A stretch of 64,000 bases of DNA from Burkholderiaceae bacterium. Lineage in GTDB: Bacteria > Pseudomonadota > Gammaproteobacteria > Burkholderiales > Burkholderiaceae_C. The DNA lies in contig JAFMFB010000008.1 in assembly GCA_017856435.1 (NCBI GenBank), positions 3,959-67,958 of the forward strand. The letters are read 5' to 3'. The position numbers and the translations under genes were made by a program. The notes under the pieces were generated by a model that ran no database searches, had not been told where the DNA came from, and worked only from the letters and a program-made list of their open reading frames with translations. Positions 50,197 through 60,026 of this stretch are shown piece by piece; within the stretch, counting starts at the first letter, position 1; every line of letters begins with the position of its first letter.

Positions 50197-51225
50197 ATGG
50201 GCAGCACAGTCAGAAAAACAAAGCTGAAACCTGAGCAGCATTCGGCCCGACCGGTGAATTCGGCGACGTCGTCAACTGGACCTGCCTGGAAGACTCAAGA
50301 GGTCACCATCATCATGGCGGACATCCGTGGCTTTACCACCATGTCAGAAACCCATGCGCCTGATGTGGTGGTGGAAACTCTGAACCGTTACCTTTCCAAA
50401 ATGAGTGAAGTGGCGGTTGCCAATGGTGGGGTCGTTGACAAATTCATGGGTGATGCGGTGATGCTGCTTTTTGGGATTCCCAATGCTGCGCCCGATGATG
50501 TACAACGGGCTCTGATATGCGCGGTGCAGATGCAGATCGCCATGAAAGAGATGAATCGTGAGAACAAGTCACTGGGTCTTCCTGCCTTGTTCATGGGCGT
50601 TGGCATCAATACTGGAGAAGTGATCGCTGGTACGCTTGGTTCTGCACTGCATTCAGAAAATACCGTCATCGGTAATGAAGTCAATGTGGCGGCGCGCATT
50701 GAATCCTTCAGCTTGCGTGGACAAATCCTGATCAGTGAATCCACCTACGCACGCTGTGCAGATTTTGTCCAGGTTGAGGAACCCATGGAGGTTCACATGA
50801 AGGGCAAAACCCAACCCGTCACCCTGCGGGAGGTGTTGGGGATTCCCTCCTTGTCGCTACAGGTGCCTCGACAGGAAATTCGAAAGAGTCCACGGGTGGA
50901 GGTGCGCTTGCCCTTTGTCTACCAGTCCGTCAAGGGCAAGGTGGTCATCCCTACCGAACACAAGGGACTGGCCCACGACCTCAGTTATGAAGGACTGCTG
51001 GCCGAAGTGTCCCCGGACGTGATGGAGCATGATGAAATTCTGGTCCGCATGGATTTGTCCCTGATTGGCAGCGATATGCAGGAACTCTATGCCAAGGTGC
51101 GCAGTATCCGGGAAGTTGACCAGCATCGAATGGCGGGTATTGAGTTCACCACCGTCAAGGATGATATTGAACGTGACCTGCACCGTCTGGTCCAACTGCT
51201 GATGCAGGGTTCCAGCCATAAATAA
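50197..51225 (+). CDS. Class III adenylate/guanylate cyclase domain fused to a C-terminal PilZ domain
   Basis: Cyclase motifs: VTIIMADIRGFT (metal Asp), DKFMGDAVMLLFG (Lys + second Asp), TVIGNEVNVAARIES (Asn/Arg). PilZ motifs: RKSPR (RxxxR) and DLSYEG (DxSxxG). Confidence 0.8.
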   Translation: MGSTVRKTKLKPEQHSARPVNSATSSTGPAWKTQEVTIIMADIRGFTTMSETHAPDVVVETLNRYLSKMSEVAVANGGVVDKFMGDAVMLLFGIPNAAPDDVQRALICAVQMQIAMKEMNRENKSLGLPALFMGVGINTGEVIAGTLGSALHSENTVIGNEVNVAARIESFSLRGQILISESTYARCADFVQVEEPMEVHMKGKTQPVTLREVLGIPSLSLQVPRQEIRKSPRVEVRLPFVYQSVKGKVVIPTEHKGLAHDLSYEGLLAEVSPDVMEHDEILVRMDLSLIGSDMQELYAKVRSIREVDQHRMAGIEFTTVKDDIERDLHRLVQLLMQGSSHK

Positions 51226-51418
51226 GTTGTTGGCGGCAAGCTGTTGCGGTTTAGGGTAAAGGCTCAAGATTTCAAGGTTGGTGTCGATAATGAAGCTGGT
51301 CAACAGTAATTACAGAGCTCACTTTTGAAAAATTGCTGCTGGGATGCTGGTTGTTCGAGCTCTAATTAAAAGCTGACTTCAGATTTCCCTGAAGCCCTCT
51401 GAAACATAGGAATTTGGC

Positions 51419-51925
51419 GTGTCTAGAACCTTGTCTGTTCTCTTGAGCCTTGGACTGGTCTGGGTGCTGGTGGGCAGTGCCTGGGGCCAAGCCAACAGGC
51501 CACAAGGTGCAAATCCAAACGCCAACGCCAAGGCAGCCTGTCTGGTATCTCATTTCAGGGCGGTAGCCCTGGGCACCCATGATGTTGAGTTGCGCGCCAG
51601 CCGCGCCGAGCAATGGCTGACAACCTATTCGCCCAACTGCACCTTGGAGCAACTCAACGCGATCAAAGGCAACAGTTCAAGTTGGCTGGGTCATGCCTTA
51701 ACGCCGCAACTCAGCGGGATTATTGAGGGGCTGGTTGAGGCCAAGATAGCGGGAAAGCCCGAGTCGATGGCACAAATGTATGAATCGGTGGGCAAGGAAG
51801 GTAAAGTGTCCAACAATGTGACCCAGACGCCGACACCACGTCCTCCAGTCACCGTGCCCAGTTCGATGCAGGTATCACCGGTTTTGCTGACGGCGCCTGT
51901 TCCTGCGCAGATTTGTCCGCGCTGA
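51419..51925 (+). CDS. Hypothetical secreted protein
   Basis: GTG start with AGGAA upstream. Signal peptide MSRTLSVLLSLGLVWVLVGSAWG. It has three Cys residues and a Pro/Thr/Val-rich tail. I recognise no family. Confidence 0.5.
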   Translation: MSRTLSVLLSLGLVWVLVGSAWGQANRPQGANPNANAKAACLVSHFRAVALGTHDVELRASRAEQWLTTYSPNCTLEQLNAIKGNSSSWLGHALTPQLSGIIEGLVEAKIAGKPESMAQMYESVGKEGKVSNNVTQTPTPRPPVTVPSSMQVSPVLLTAPVPAQICPR

Positions 51926-51997
51926 TTCAACTGTTGTAGGGACGGGGTGCTAAACCTTCGAGAGGGGTTTGGCAAGATTCGGATTAGAGATTCATCC

Positions 51998-52082
51998 TGG
52001 TGCCCGGGGCCGGACTCGAACCGGCACGCCTTGCGGCGGGGGATTTTGAGTCCCCTGCGTCTACCAATTTCACCACCCGGGC
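51998..52082 (-). tRNA. tRNA-Leu (anticodon CAA)
   Basis: The minus strand reads GCCCGGGTGGTGAAATTGGTAGACGCAGGGGACTCAAAATCCCCCGCCGCAAGGCGTGCCGGTTCGAGTCCGGCCCCGGGCACCA. It has a 7-bp acceptor stem, anticodon stem GGGGA/TCCCC with loop CTCAAAA, a long variable arm, a GGTTCGAGTCC T-arm and an encoded CCA. Confidence 0.9.
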
Positions 52083-52123
52083 AAGGGGAAAAACAGAGCC
52101 CGGATTATGGCACAGTGTGGGTT

Positions 52124-53026
52124 ATGAATTACCCAACCATTGAAGACGCCATCGGTAAAACGCCGCTGATAAAACTGCAGCGAATCGGGCAGCCCGCCTG
52201 CAGCGAGAGGGGCAACGTCATTCTGGGCAAGCTGGAGGGAAATAACCCGGCCGGATCAGTCAAGGACAGGCCTGCCCTGTCGATGATTCAGCGTGCCCAG
52301 GAGCGTGGCGAAATCAAACCGGGTGATACCCTGATCGAAGCCACCTCTGGAAACACGGGCATTGCCTTGGCCATGGCGGCCGCCATCAAGGGCTACCGCA
52401 TGGTGCTGATCATGCCCGAAGACCTGTCAATCGAGCGCGCACAAACCATGAAAGCCTTCGGCGCCGAGCTGATCCTCACACCCAAAACGGGGGGGATGGA
52501 GTACGCAAGAGATTTGGCTGAGCAAATGCAGGCCAGCGGCAAGGGCAGGGTGCTCGACCAATTTGGCAATCACGACAATCCAAGGATTCATTATGAGACC
52601 ACGGGCCCGGAGATCTGGGAGCAAACCGGTGGGCGAATCACACATTTCGTCAGCGCCATGGGAACAACCGGCACCATCACCGGTGTGAGTCATTTTCTGA
52701 AAGAGAAAAATCCACATATCAGAATCATTGGCGCACAACCTGCTGAGGGCTCTCGCATTCCTGGAATTCGCAAATGGCCGCAGGAGTATCTGCCCCAGAT
52801 TTATGATCCTGCCGCGGTGGATGAATTGGTGCTGGTCAGTCAGGCCGATGCTGAAGAGATGTGCCGTGCCATGGCGCGGGAGGAAGGCATCTTTGCTGGC
52901 ATTTCAGCCGCCGGGGCATGCTGGGTGGCGCAACAGATTGCTGCGCGTGATCAAAATGCCACCATCGTGTTTATTGTCTGTGACCGGGGTGATCGATACC
53001 TCTCCACGGGCGTCTTTCCCGCCTAA
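52124..53026 (+). CDS. cysM: Cysteine synthase B (O-acetylserine sulfhydrylase, PLP-dependent)
   Basis: MNYPTIEDAIGKTPLIKLQRI, NPAGSVKDRPA (PLP lysine), TSGNTGIALA and GTTGTITG. The upstream part of the ORF (51947..52123) overlaps the tRNA and I discarded it. Confidence 0.9.
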   Translation: MNYPTIEDAIGKTPLIKLQRIGQPACSERGNVILGKLEGNNPAGSVKDRPALSMIQRAQERGEIKPGDTLIEATSGNTGIALAMAAAIKGYRMVLIMPEDLSIERAQTMKAFGAELILTPKTGGMEYARDLAEQMQASGKGRVLDQFGNHDNPRIHYETTGPEIWEQTGGRITHFVSAMGTTGTITGVSHFLKEKNPHIRIIGAQPAEGSRIPGIRKWPQEYLPQIYDPAAVDELVLVSQADAEEMCRAMAREEGIFAGISAAGACWVAQQIAARDQNATIVFIVCDRGDRYLSTGVFPA

Positions 53027-53110
53027 GCGGGCCTGCGATAGAGACAATTTGCAAAAGCCCTGAAACTGCTACGGCCCTAATTGAGAGAAAAGCTTGTTCA
53101 TGGAGTGCTT

Positions 53111-53347
53111 ATGAGTGCTAACAATATAGATCGAGAACTGGATACCCGGGGCCTGAACTGTCCCTTGCCCATACTCAAGGCGAAGAAAGCTTTGTCCGAG
53201 ATGGAGACTGGCCAGACCTTGAAAGTGGTCAGCACCGATCCGGGATCAATGCGTGATTTCGCGGCCTTTGCCAAACAGACGGGTAACGAGCTGATTGGCC
53301 AGTCCAGCGAGGGTGACGAATTTACCCACTTGCTGCGTCGCCGCTAG
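53111..53347 (+). CDS. TusA-family sulfurtransferase
   Basis: LDTRGLNCPLPILKAKKAL contains the conserved CPxP active-site motif. About 78 aa. Confidence 0.85.
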   Translation: MSANNIDRELDTRGLNCPLPILKAKKALSEMETGQTLKVVSTDPGSMRDFAAFAKQTGNELIGQSSEGDEFTHLLRRR

Positions 53348-53385
53348 GCGAGGGTTGTCTGCCCTGAGCAGTCCAGCTCTGATGA

Positions 53386-54270
53386 TCAGAGCTTGAGATT
53401 CTTCAGATAGTCTCTGAAGAAATTGCCCACTTCAGGGTGATCGAGTGCGATTTCCACCGTGGCCTGCAAAAAACCTTCCTTGCTGCCACAGTCGTAGCGC
53501 TTGCCTAGATAGCGGTAGGCATAAACAGGTTCCAGCGTCAGCAGGCCGGCAATACCATCGGTCAGCTGGATCTCACCGCCCGAACCCCGGGGCTGCTGCC
53601 GAATCTGCTCAAAAATTGCAGGCGTCAGGATATAGCGGCCAGCAACGGCCAGTTGGGAGGGGGCCTGATCAGGAGCAGGTTTTTCCACGATTCTTTCGAT
53701 CTTCAGGAGCCGGTCTTCAGTTTGAGTGCCGGCCACAATGCCGTAGCGCCTGACCTCTTGCAGGGGGACTTCCTGCACGGCCAGCACCGCCGCTTGCCGG
53801 CGCTGAAACACCTCGACCATCTGGGCTAAAACTGCTTGCCCTCCGGTGGGACCCAGCATCAGGTCATCGGCGAGCAGGACTGCAAATGCGGCACCAGCCG
53901 TCAGGTGTTCAGCGCACAGCACGGCATGACCCAGTCCGAGCGCACGGGGTTGGCGCACATAGGAACACAGCATGTCTGGTGGCGCCACAGAGTTGGCCAC
54001 AGCCAGCAGGGCATGCTTGCCGGACTGCTCGAGTTCATTTTCGAGCTCGTAGGCGGTGTCGAAATGGTCCTCGATCGCCCGTTTGTTGCGCCCGGTGACA
54101 AACACCATGTGACGGATGCCTGCGGCATAGGCCTCTTCCACCGCATACTGAATCAGCGGCTTGTCCACCACGGGCAGCATCTCCTTGGGGCTGGCCTTGG
54201 TGGCGGGTAAAAAGCGAGTACCCAAACCTGCCACGGGAAAAACTGCGGTCTTGATAGGGCCATGGGTCAT
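53386..54270 (-). CDS. galU: UTP--glucose-1-phosphate uridylyltransferase
   Basis: [41 protein letters not shown] is the canonical GalU N-terminus, with VEKP further on. I chose the ATG at 54270. Confidence 0.9.
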   Translation of the reverse strand: MTHGPIKTAVFPVAGLGTRFLPATKASPKEMLPVVDKPLIQYAVEEAYAAGIRHMVFVTGRNKRAIEDHFDTAYELENELEQSGKHALLAVANSVAPPDMLCSYVRQPRALGLGHAVLCAEHLTAGAAFAVLLADDLMLGPTGGQAVLAQMVEVFQRRQAAVLAVQEVPLQEVRRYGIVAGTQTEDRLLKIERIVEKPAPDQAPSQLAVAGRYILTPAIFEQIRQQPRGSGGEIQLTDGIAGLLTLEPVYAYRYLGKRYDCGSKEGFLQATVEIALDHPEVGNFFRDYLKNLKL

Positions 54271-54315
54271 GGGAATATCCTCAATGCGGGCTTGTAGATG
54301 GACCAATTTCTCCTG

Positions 54316-57183
54316 CTAGCCAAGCCGGGACAACTGGTCTTGCAGCTTTGACAGGGTGGCACTGAAGTCGGCCAGTCGCTTGCGCTCCTGGTCGATCACG
54401 GCAGGCGGCGCTTTGGCGACAAAGGCTTCGTTGGATAACTTACCCTGGGCCTTGGCGATCTCTCCCGTCAGTCGCGCAGTTTCCTTGGTCAGCCGGGTCT
54501 TTTCAGCAGCCACATCGACTTCCATGTGTAGACACAAGCGCATCTCTCCCACCACGGCCAGTGGCGCAGCCTGGGCAGCGTTGACCCATGCGGGTTCATC
54601 GCTGAAGATGCGTACCTCACTCAACTTGGACAGGGCTTGCAATACGGCCGACCAGGACTGGATGAAGGCTGCGTCCTGATTAGCCAACAAGACATACAGC
54701 GGTAGCCGGGTCGAGGGCGAGACATTCATCTCGCCGCGTAAATTGCGGCAGGCATCCACCAGCGATTTGAGACGGGTGATGTCCTGCAGCGCCTGTGGGT
54801 CAACCCGCTCCAACTGGGCGACCGGGTAAGCCGCGATGCTCACCGAGTCGCCTGCGCGTCCGGCCACCGGAGCCACCCTCTGCCACAACTCCTCGGTGAT
54901 AAAAGGAATCAACGGGTGAGCCAGCCGTAGGATGGTCTCCAGGGTACGGATCAGGGTGCGGCGAGTGCCGCGCTGTGCGCTGGGCGCTCCACCCTGGATT
55001 TGAACTTTGGCGATTTCGAGGTACCAGTCGCAGAATTCATTCCAGACGAAGTCGTAAATGGCGTTGGCCACCAGATCCAGGCGGTAATCGGCAAATCCTT
55101 GTGCCACCTGGGCTTCGACCTGTTGCAGTAATGAAACGATCCAACGGTCGGCAGCGCTGAATTCCAGATAGCCGCCTGGCAGACATTCGCCCGCGCCGTG
55201 GTCCTTCAGTCCGCAATCGTGGCCCTCGCAGTTCATCAGCACAAAGCGGGTGGCATTCCACAATTTGTTGCAGAAATTGCGGTAGCCTTCACAGCGCTTG
55301 CTGTCAAAGTTGATGTTGCGCCCCAGTGTGGCCAACGAGGCAAAAGTGAAACGCAGGGCGTCGGCGCCAAAGGCTGGAATGCCGTTGGGAAACTCCTTCT
55401 CGGTGTTTTTTCTCACCTGGGGGGCGGTTTCCGGGCGGCGCAGACCGGTGGTGCGCTTGACGAGCAGGGGTTCTAGCGCGATGCCGTCGATCAGGTCCAC
55501 CGGATCGAGCACATTGCCCTCAGACTTGCTCATTTTCTGGCCCTGCGCATCCCGCACCAGGCCATGGATATAGACATCCCTGAACGGCACCCGTCCGGTG
55601 AAATGGGTTGTCATCATGATCATTCGGGCGACCCAGAAGAAGATGATGTCGTAGCCGGTGACCAGCACCGTTGACGGCAGATAAAGGTCATAGTCCTCAG
55701 TAACCTGCGGCCAGCCCATGGTGGAAAAAGGCACCAGGGCGGATGAGTACCAGGTATCCAAGACATCCTCATCGCGTACCAGTTTGACGCCCGCACCAGC
55801 CTGCGCCTGGGCCTCGGCCTCGTTGCGGGCAACGTAGACCTTACCCTGTTCGTCATACCAGGCCGGGATCTGGTGACCCCACCACAATTGCCTGGAGATG
55901 CACCAGTCCTGGATGTTGTTCATCCACTGGTTGTAGGTGTTGACCCAGTTTTCCGGCACGAACCTGACAGCGCCACTTTCGACCGCGTCAATGGCCTTTT
56001 GGGCAATGCTTTTTCCAGTTGGATCCTGCGGGCTGACTGTGCTCATGGCGACGAACCACTGGTCGGTCAGCATGGGCTCGACGATCTGGCCAGTCCGGGT
56101 GCAGATCGGCACCATCAGCTTGTGTTTTTTGGTTTCAACCAGCAGGCCAAGATCCTGCAGGTCGTTGACGATGGCTTTGCGGGCTGCGAAACGGTCCAGG
56201 CCGCGGTATTTTTCAGGGGCGTTGTCGTTGATCCTGGCTTGCAGGGTCAGCACGCAGATCTGTTCCAGTTTGTGCCGCTGACCCACGACATAGTCATTGG
56301 GGTCATGCGCAGGCGTCACCTTGACCACGCCGGTGCCAAAGGTCTGGTCCACATAGCTGTCGGCGATGACAGCAATCTGGCGTCCAACCAGCGGCAGGGT
56401 GACCTTCTTGCCAATCAGATCCCGGTAGCGTTCATCCTCAGGGTGAACCATCACCGCCACGTCACCCAGCATGGTCTCGGGTCGGGTGGTGGCCACAGTG
56501 AGTGAGCCTGAGCCATCGCTCAGCGGGTAGGCGATATGCCAGAGGTGGCCGTCCCTTTCCTCGCTTTCCACTTCCAGGTCCGATACAGCTGATTGCAGAA
56601 CCGGATCCCAGTTCACCAGGCGTTTGCCGCGATAGATCAGGCCTTGTTCATAGAGGCGTACAAAGGTCTCGGTCACCACCCGTGACAACTTGTCGTCCAT
56701 GGTGAAATATTCACGGCTCCAGTCCACGCTGTCGCCCATGCGGCGCATTTGGGTGGTGATCGTGTTGCCCGACTGTTCTTTCCATTCCCAAACCCGGGCG
56801 ACAAAGTTCTTGCGTCCCAGCTCATGGCGGTTGATCTTTTGCTCCTGCAACTGGCGTTCCACCACAATCTGGGTGGCAATGCCGGCGTGATCGGTACCCG
56901 GTACCCAGACCGTGTTGGCGCCCGACATGCGGTGGTAGCGTGTCAGCGAGTCCATGATGGTCTGATTGAAGGCGTGACCCATGTGCAGTGTGCCGGTCAC
57001 ATTGGGAGGGGGTAGCTGGATGGCGAACGATGGGACGTCTGCCTTGGCTTTGCCGGTTCCCCGGAATCCAGCCTTGCCGTAGCCCTGCTGTTCCCAGGCT
57101 GCCCCCCAATTCGCCTCCAGGGCAGCGGGTTCGAAAGATTTGGCCAGGCTGCTCAAGCCGGGTTGCTGGGGTGAGTCGCTCAT
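54316..57183 (-). CDS. valS: Valine--tRNA ligase
   Basis: 955 aa. [13 protein letters not shown] (HIGH), KMSKS, a CP1 editing domain and a C-terminal coiled coil. Confidence 0.95.
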   Translation of the reverse strand: MSDSPQQPGLSSLAKSFEPAALEANWGAAWEQQGYGKAGFRGTGKAKADVPSFAIQLPPPNVTGTLHMGHAFNQTIMDSLTRYHRMSGANTVWVPGTDHAGIATQIVVERQLQEQKINRHELGRKNFVARVWEWKEQSGNTITTQMRRMGDSVDWSREYFTMDDKLSRVVTETFVRLYEQGLIYRGKRLVNWDPVLQSAVSDLEVESEERDGHLWHIAYPLSDGSGSLTVATTRPETMLGDVAVMVHPEDERYRDLIGKKVTLPLVGRQIAVIADSYVDQTFGTGVVKVTPAHDPNDYVVGQRHKLEQICVLTLQARINDNAPEKYRGLDRFAARKAIVNDLQDLGLLVETKKHKLMVPICTRTGQIVEPMLTDQWFVAMSTVSPQDPTGKSIAQKAIDAVESGAVRFVPENWVNTYNQWMNNIQDWCISRQLWWGHQIPAWYDEQGKVYVARNEAEAQAQAGAGVKLVRDEDVLDTWYSSALVPFSTMGWPQVTEDYDLYLPSTVLVTGYDIIFFWVARMIMMTTHFTGRVPFRDVYIHGLVRDAQGQKMSKSEGNVLDPVDLIDGIALEPLLVKRTTGLRRPETAPQVRKNTEKEFPNGIPAFGADALRFTFASLATLGRNINFDSKRCEGYRNFCNKLWNATRFVLMNCEGHDCGLKDHGAGECLPGGYLEFSAADRWIVSLLQQVEAQVAQGFADYRLDLVANAIYDFVWNEFCDWYLEIAKVQIQGGAPSAQRGTRRTLIRTLETILRLAHPLIPFITEELWQRVAPVAGRAGDSVSIAAYPVAQLERVDPQALQDITRLKSLVDACRNLRGEMNVSPSTRLPLYVLLANQDAAFIQSWSAVLQALSKLSEVRIFSDEPAWVNAAQAAPLAVVGEMRLCLHMEVDVAAEKTRLTKETARLTGEIAKAQGKLSNEAFVAKAPPAVIDQERKRLADFSATLSKLQDQLSRLG

Positions 57184-57199
57184 GGTGCCGGAATAAGTG

Positions 57200-57220
57200 A
57201 AAAGGCGCCCAGCGGGCGCC
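57200..57220 (-). promoter_or_regulatory. Terminator-like GC hairpin plus U4 in the valS 5' leader
   Basis: The minus strand reads GGCGCCC-GCU-GGGCGCC followed by UUUU, ending 16 nt before the valS AUG. No gene lies upstream on that strand that it could terminate. Confidence 0.3.
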
Positions 57221-57312
57221 GTCTTTCTGAGGTTGAAACTTGATTTGTATTCTACCGATCCGAGGGATGTGTTGGATCCCAGTGACCTAGGGTTGGTAAG
57301 CGTTACTTTTGG

Positions 57313-57335
57313 AAAAATTAATTGAAATAATTTTT
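57313..57335. promoter_or_regulatory. AT-rich near-perfect palindrome; candidate operator upstream of the rubrerythrin operon
   Basis: AAAAATTAATT-G-AAATAATTTTT (10 of 11 arm positions complementary), about 140 nt upstream of the rubrerythrin start, in the valS/rubrerythrin divergent region. Confidence 0.25.
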
Positions 57336-57476
57336 AGATAGAAACGCTTAATAGGAAATCACAATCTCGCGTATTGAAACTCACAATTAGACGCCGGCAG
57401 CCTGAGGGTTTAGAGTCACCTCTGTCTTTGACGAGTTCAAAGCAACTGAGTCCTTAACCTCTACTAGGAGATTTCC

Positions 57477-57899
57477 ATGAGCACACTGAAAGGTTCCAAA
57501 ACGGAACAGTGCCTGAAAGATGCCTTTGCCGGCGAATCTCAGGCCAATCGGCGTTACCTGTATTTCGCAAACAAGGCTGACGTTGAAGGCCAGAACGACG
57601 TGGCTGCGTTGTTTCGCTCGACCGCTGAAGGTGAAACTGGGCATGCCCACGGTCACTTGGAGTTCTTGGAGGCTGCCGGCGACCCCGCTACCGGCCTGCC
57701 CATCGGCTCTACCCGTGACAACCTGAAGTCCGCCGTGGCTGGCGAAACCCATGAGTACACCGACATGTACCCGGGGATGGCCAAGACCGCTCGCGCAGAA
57801 GGTTTTGACGAGATCGCCGACTGGTTCGAGACCTTGGCCAAGGCGGAGCGCTCCCACGCCAACCGCTATCAGAAGGCCCTGAACGAACTGGTGGATTAA
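57477..57899 (+). CDS. Rubrerythrin-family (ferritin-like diiron) protein without a rubredoxin domain
   Basis: 140 aa. [16 protein letters not shown] and [13 protein letters not shown] ... [12 protein letters not shown] ... [11 protein letters not shown] are the E..H diiron ligand helices. AGGAG SD upstream. Confidence 0.85.
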   Translation: MSTLKGSKTEQCLKDAFAGESQANRRYLYFANKADVEGQNDVAALFRSTAEGETGHAHGHLEFLEAAGDPATGLPIGSTRDNLKSAVAGETHEYTDMYPGMAKTARAEGFDEIADWFETLAKAERSHANRYQKALNELVD

Positions 57900-58010
57900 T
57901 CCTCCGGTTCACCACCATGCCAGTTGGCGTGGTGGTTGGAGAGCGCGTTTGCTGGCACCTTGCGCAAGCGCCTTGTCCAACCACTTGACTTAGTTTTTAA
58001 AGGATCAATC

Positions 58011-59360
58011 ATGTCTCGCGAAGGTAATCTGGAAGCCCCGACCCGACATCCCCTGGACTGGAAGAACCCGGATTTCTACAACGAAGCGTCCACCTTCAAG
58101 GAGTTGGAAAGAATCTTTGACATCTGTCATGGCTGCCGTCGTTGTGTCAGCCTATGCGGCGCATTTCCAACCTTGTTTGACCTGGTGGATGAGAGTGCCA
58201 CCATGGAGGTGGATGGGGTGGCCAAACAGGATTACTGGAAAGTAATCGACCAGTGTTATATGTGCGACCTCTGCTATATGACCAAGTGCCCCTATACCCC
58301 GCCGCATGAGTGGAACCTGGATTTCCCACACACCATGCTGCGCGCCAAGGCCATTAAATTCAAGAAGGGCGAGGTCAAGACTAGCGAGAAGCTGCTGGCT
58401 TCCACCGACTTGCATGGCTCATTTGCCGGCATTCCGATCGTGGTGCAAGTGGCCAATGCGGTCAACAAGACCAAAGTGGCCCGTAGTGCCATGGAAAGCG
58501 TGCTGGGCGTGGATAAGGATGCCTGGATGCCTTCCTTTGCGTCCCGAAAATTCCGCTCTAGTGCTGCCGAAAGCCCAACCCATGAAGTGAAGAATGGCGA
58601 GCGCACCCCAGGCAAGGTGGCGATTTATTCCACTTGCTATGTCAATTACAACGAGCCCGGCATCGGACATGACCTGCTGAAAATCCTGGACCATAACGAG
58701 ATCCCCTACGTGTTGGTTGAAAAGGAAAAATGTTGCGGCATGCCCAAGCTTGAGTTGGGTGATCTCGACTCGGTCAATCTGAGCAAGGAAGCCAATATTC
58801 CGGTTTTGCACCAGTACGCCAAGCAAGGCTACGCCATTCTGGCTGCCGTACCTAGCTGTACCTTGATGTTCAAGCAGGAAATACCGCTGATGTACCCTGA
58901 TGACCCGGCGGTTCAGGAGGTCAAGGACGCCATGTGGGATCCGTTCGAGTACCTGATGGCGCGCAAGCGCGATGGCTTGCTGAAAACCGAGTTTCCTCAA
59001 AAGCTTGGCAATATCAGCTACCAGATCCCCTGCCATGGCCGCGTCCAGAACATTGGCAAGAAGACTGAGGAAATGCTCAAGATGATCCCTGACACCACGG
59101 TCAACACGATTGAACGGTGTTCCGGTCATGCGGGCACCTTTGGGGTCAAGAAGGCCTATCACCAGACTGCCATGAAGATCGGCAAACCAGTGTTCAAGGC
59201 CATGGCCAGCATGAAGGATGGCAGCAAGCCCGATTACATCAGTTCGGACTGCCCCCTCGGTGGCCACCACATTGCCCAGGGCTTTGAGGTGAATCAGTTG
59301 GGTGCACCCGAGTTGCAACACCCGTTATCCCTGGTACGCAAGGCCTACGGCCTGACATGA
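58011..59360 (+). CDS. Fe-S oxidoreductase with two 4Fe-4S ferredoxin motifs and CCG domains (HdrD/GlpC-like)
   Basis: CHGCRRCVSLC and CYMCDLCYMTKCPY cluster motifs, with CCGMP and C..H..G CCG-type motifs in the C-terminal half. I chose the ATG at 58011 (MSREGNLEAP). Confidence 0.85.
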   Translation: MSREGNLEAPTRHPLDWKNPDFYNEASTFKELERIFDICHGCRRCVSLCGAFPTLFDLVDESATMEVDGVAKQDYWKVIDQCYMCDLCYMTKCPYTPPHEWNLDFPHTMLRAKAIKFKKGEVKTSEKLLASTDLHGSFAGIPIVVQVANAVNKTKVARSAMESVLGVDKDAWMPSFASRKFRSSAAESPTHEVKNGERTPGKVAIYSTCYVNYNEPGIGHDLLKILDHNEIPYVLVEKEKCCGMPKLELGDLDSVNLSKEANIPVLHQYAKQGYAILAAVPSCTLMFKQEIPLMYPDDPAVQEVKDAMWDPFEYLMARKRDGLLKTEFPQKLGNISYQIPCHGRVQNIGKKTEEMLKMIPDTTVNTIERCSGHAGTFGVKKAYHQTAMKIGKPVFKAMASMKDGSKPDYISSDCPLGGHHIAQGFEVNQLGAPELQHPLSLVRKAYGLT

Positions 59361-59410
59361 TCAATCAACGGCCTGCGCCAACTGGCAGACTTTTTGAATG
59401 GAGTAATTCA

Positions 59411-60001
59411 ATGCAAATGACCGGACATATCGCACCTGACAACCTGATGTCGCTTGAGGCTTACAGCAAATGGCGTAAAGCCCACAAAGCCGAGGTAATT
59501 GCGCACCGCAAATTGCGCAGCGTACAGTTGGGCGAGCACATCAACCTGCAATTTGAGTCTGAGCTGACCATCCGCTACCAAATCCAGGAGATGTTGCGAA
59601 TCGAAAAGATTTTCGAGGAAGATGGCATTCAGGACGAAATTGAAGCCTATGCGCCCTTGGTGCCAGATGGTAGCAACTGGAAGGCCACCATGCTGATCGA
59701 ATACCCCGATGTCAACGAGCGCAAGCGTGAACTGGCTCGCCTGATCGGCGTTGAAGACCGCATGTTTATTGAGGTCGAGGGCCAGCCCCGTGTTTATGCC
59801 ATCGCCGATGAAGACCTTGATCGCGAGAACGAGCAAAAGACATCAGCCGTACATTTTGTGCGTTTTGAGTTGACGCCTGCCATGTGTGCTGCGGTCAAGG
59901 CTGGCGCCGGTGTCAAACTGGGATGCGACCACACCAATTACCCAGCCCACTTGAGTATCTCGCCAGAAACCCTTGCCTCTTTAGCGGGCGACCTGAAGTA
60001 G
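59411..60001 (+). CDS. DUF3501 family protein
   Basis: About 196 aa. The start MQMTGHIAPDNLMSLEAYSKWRKAHKAEVIAHRKLR and the position directly after the CCG Fe-S protein fit the DUF3501 family as I remember it. I chose the ATG at 59411. Confidence 0.7.
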   Translation: MQMTGHIAPDNLMSLEAYSKWRKAHKAEVIAHRKLRSVQLGEHINLQFESELTIRYQIQEMLRIEKIFEEDGIQDEIEAYAPLVPDGSNWKATMLIEYPDVNERKRELARLIGVEDRMFIEVEGQPRVYAIADEDLDRENEQKTSAVHFVRFELTPAMCAAVKAGAGVKLGCDHTNYPAHLSISPETLASLAGDLK

Positions 60002-60026
60002 GTTGCTCAACCCTGGGCTTCAGGAT

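Noticed and set aside
51947-52123. N-terminal extension of the cysM ORF (MLNLREGFGKIRIRDSS...).
   Set aside because: It overlaps the tRNA-Leu gene on the opposite strand. The CysM homology begins at MNYPTIEDAIGKTPL (ATG at 52124).
51926-52123. tRNA-Leu as a possible integration hot spot for a genomic island.
   Set aside because: No integrase, direct repeat of the tRNA 3' end, or compositionally distinct block is visible on either side. The flanking genes are a small secreted protein and cysM.
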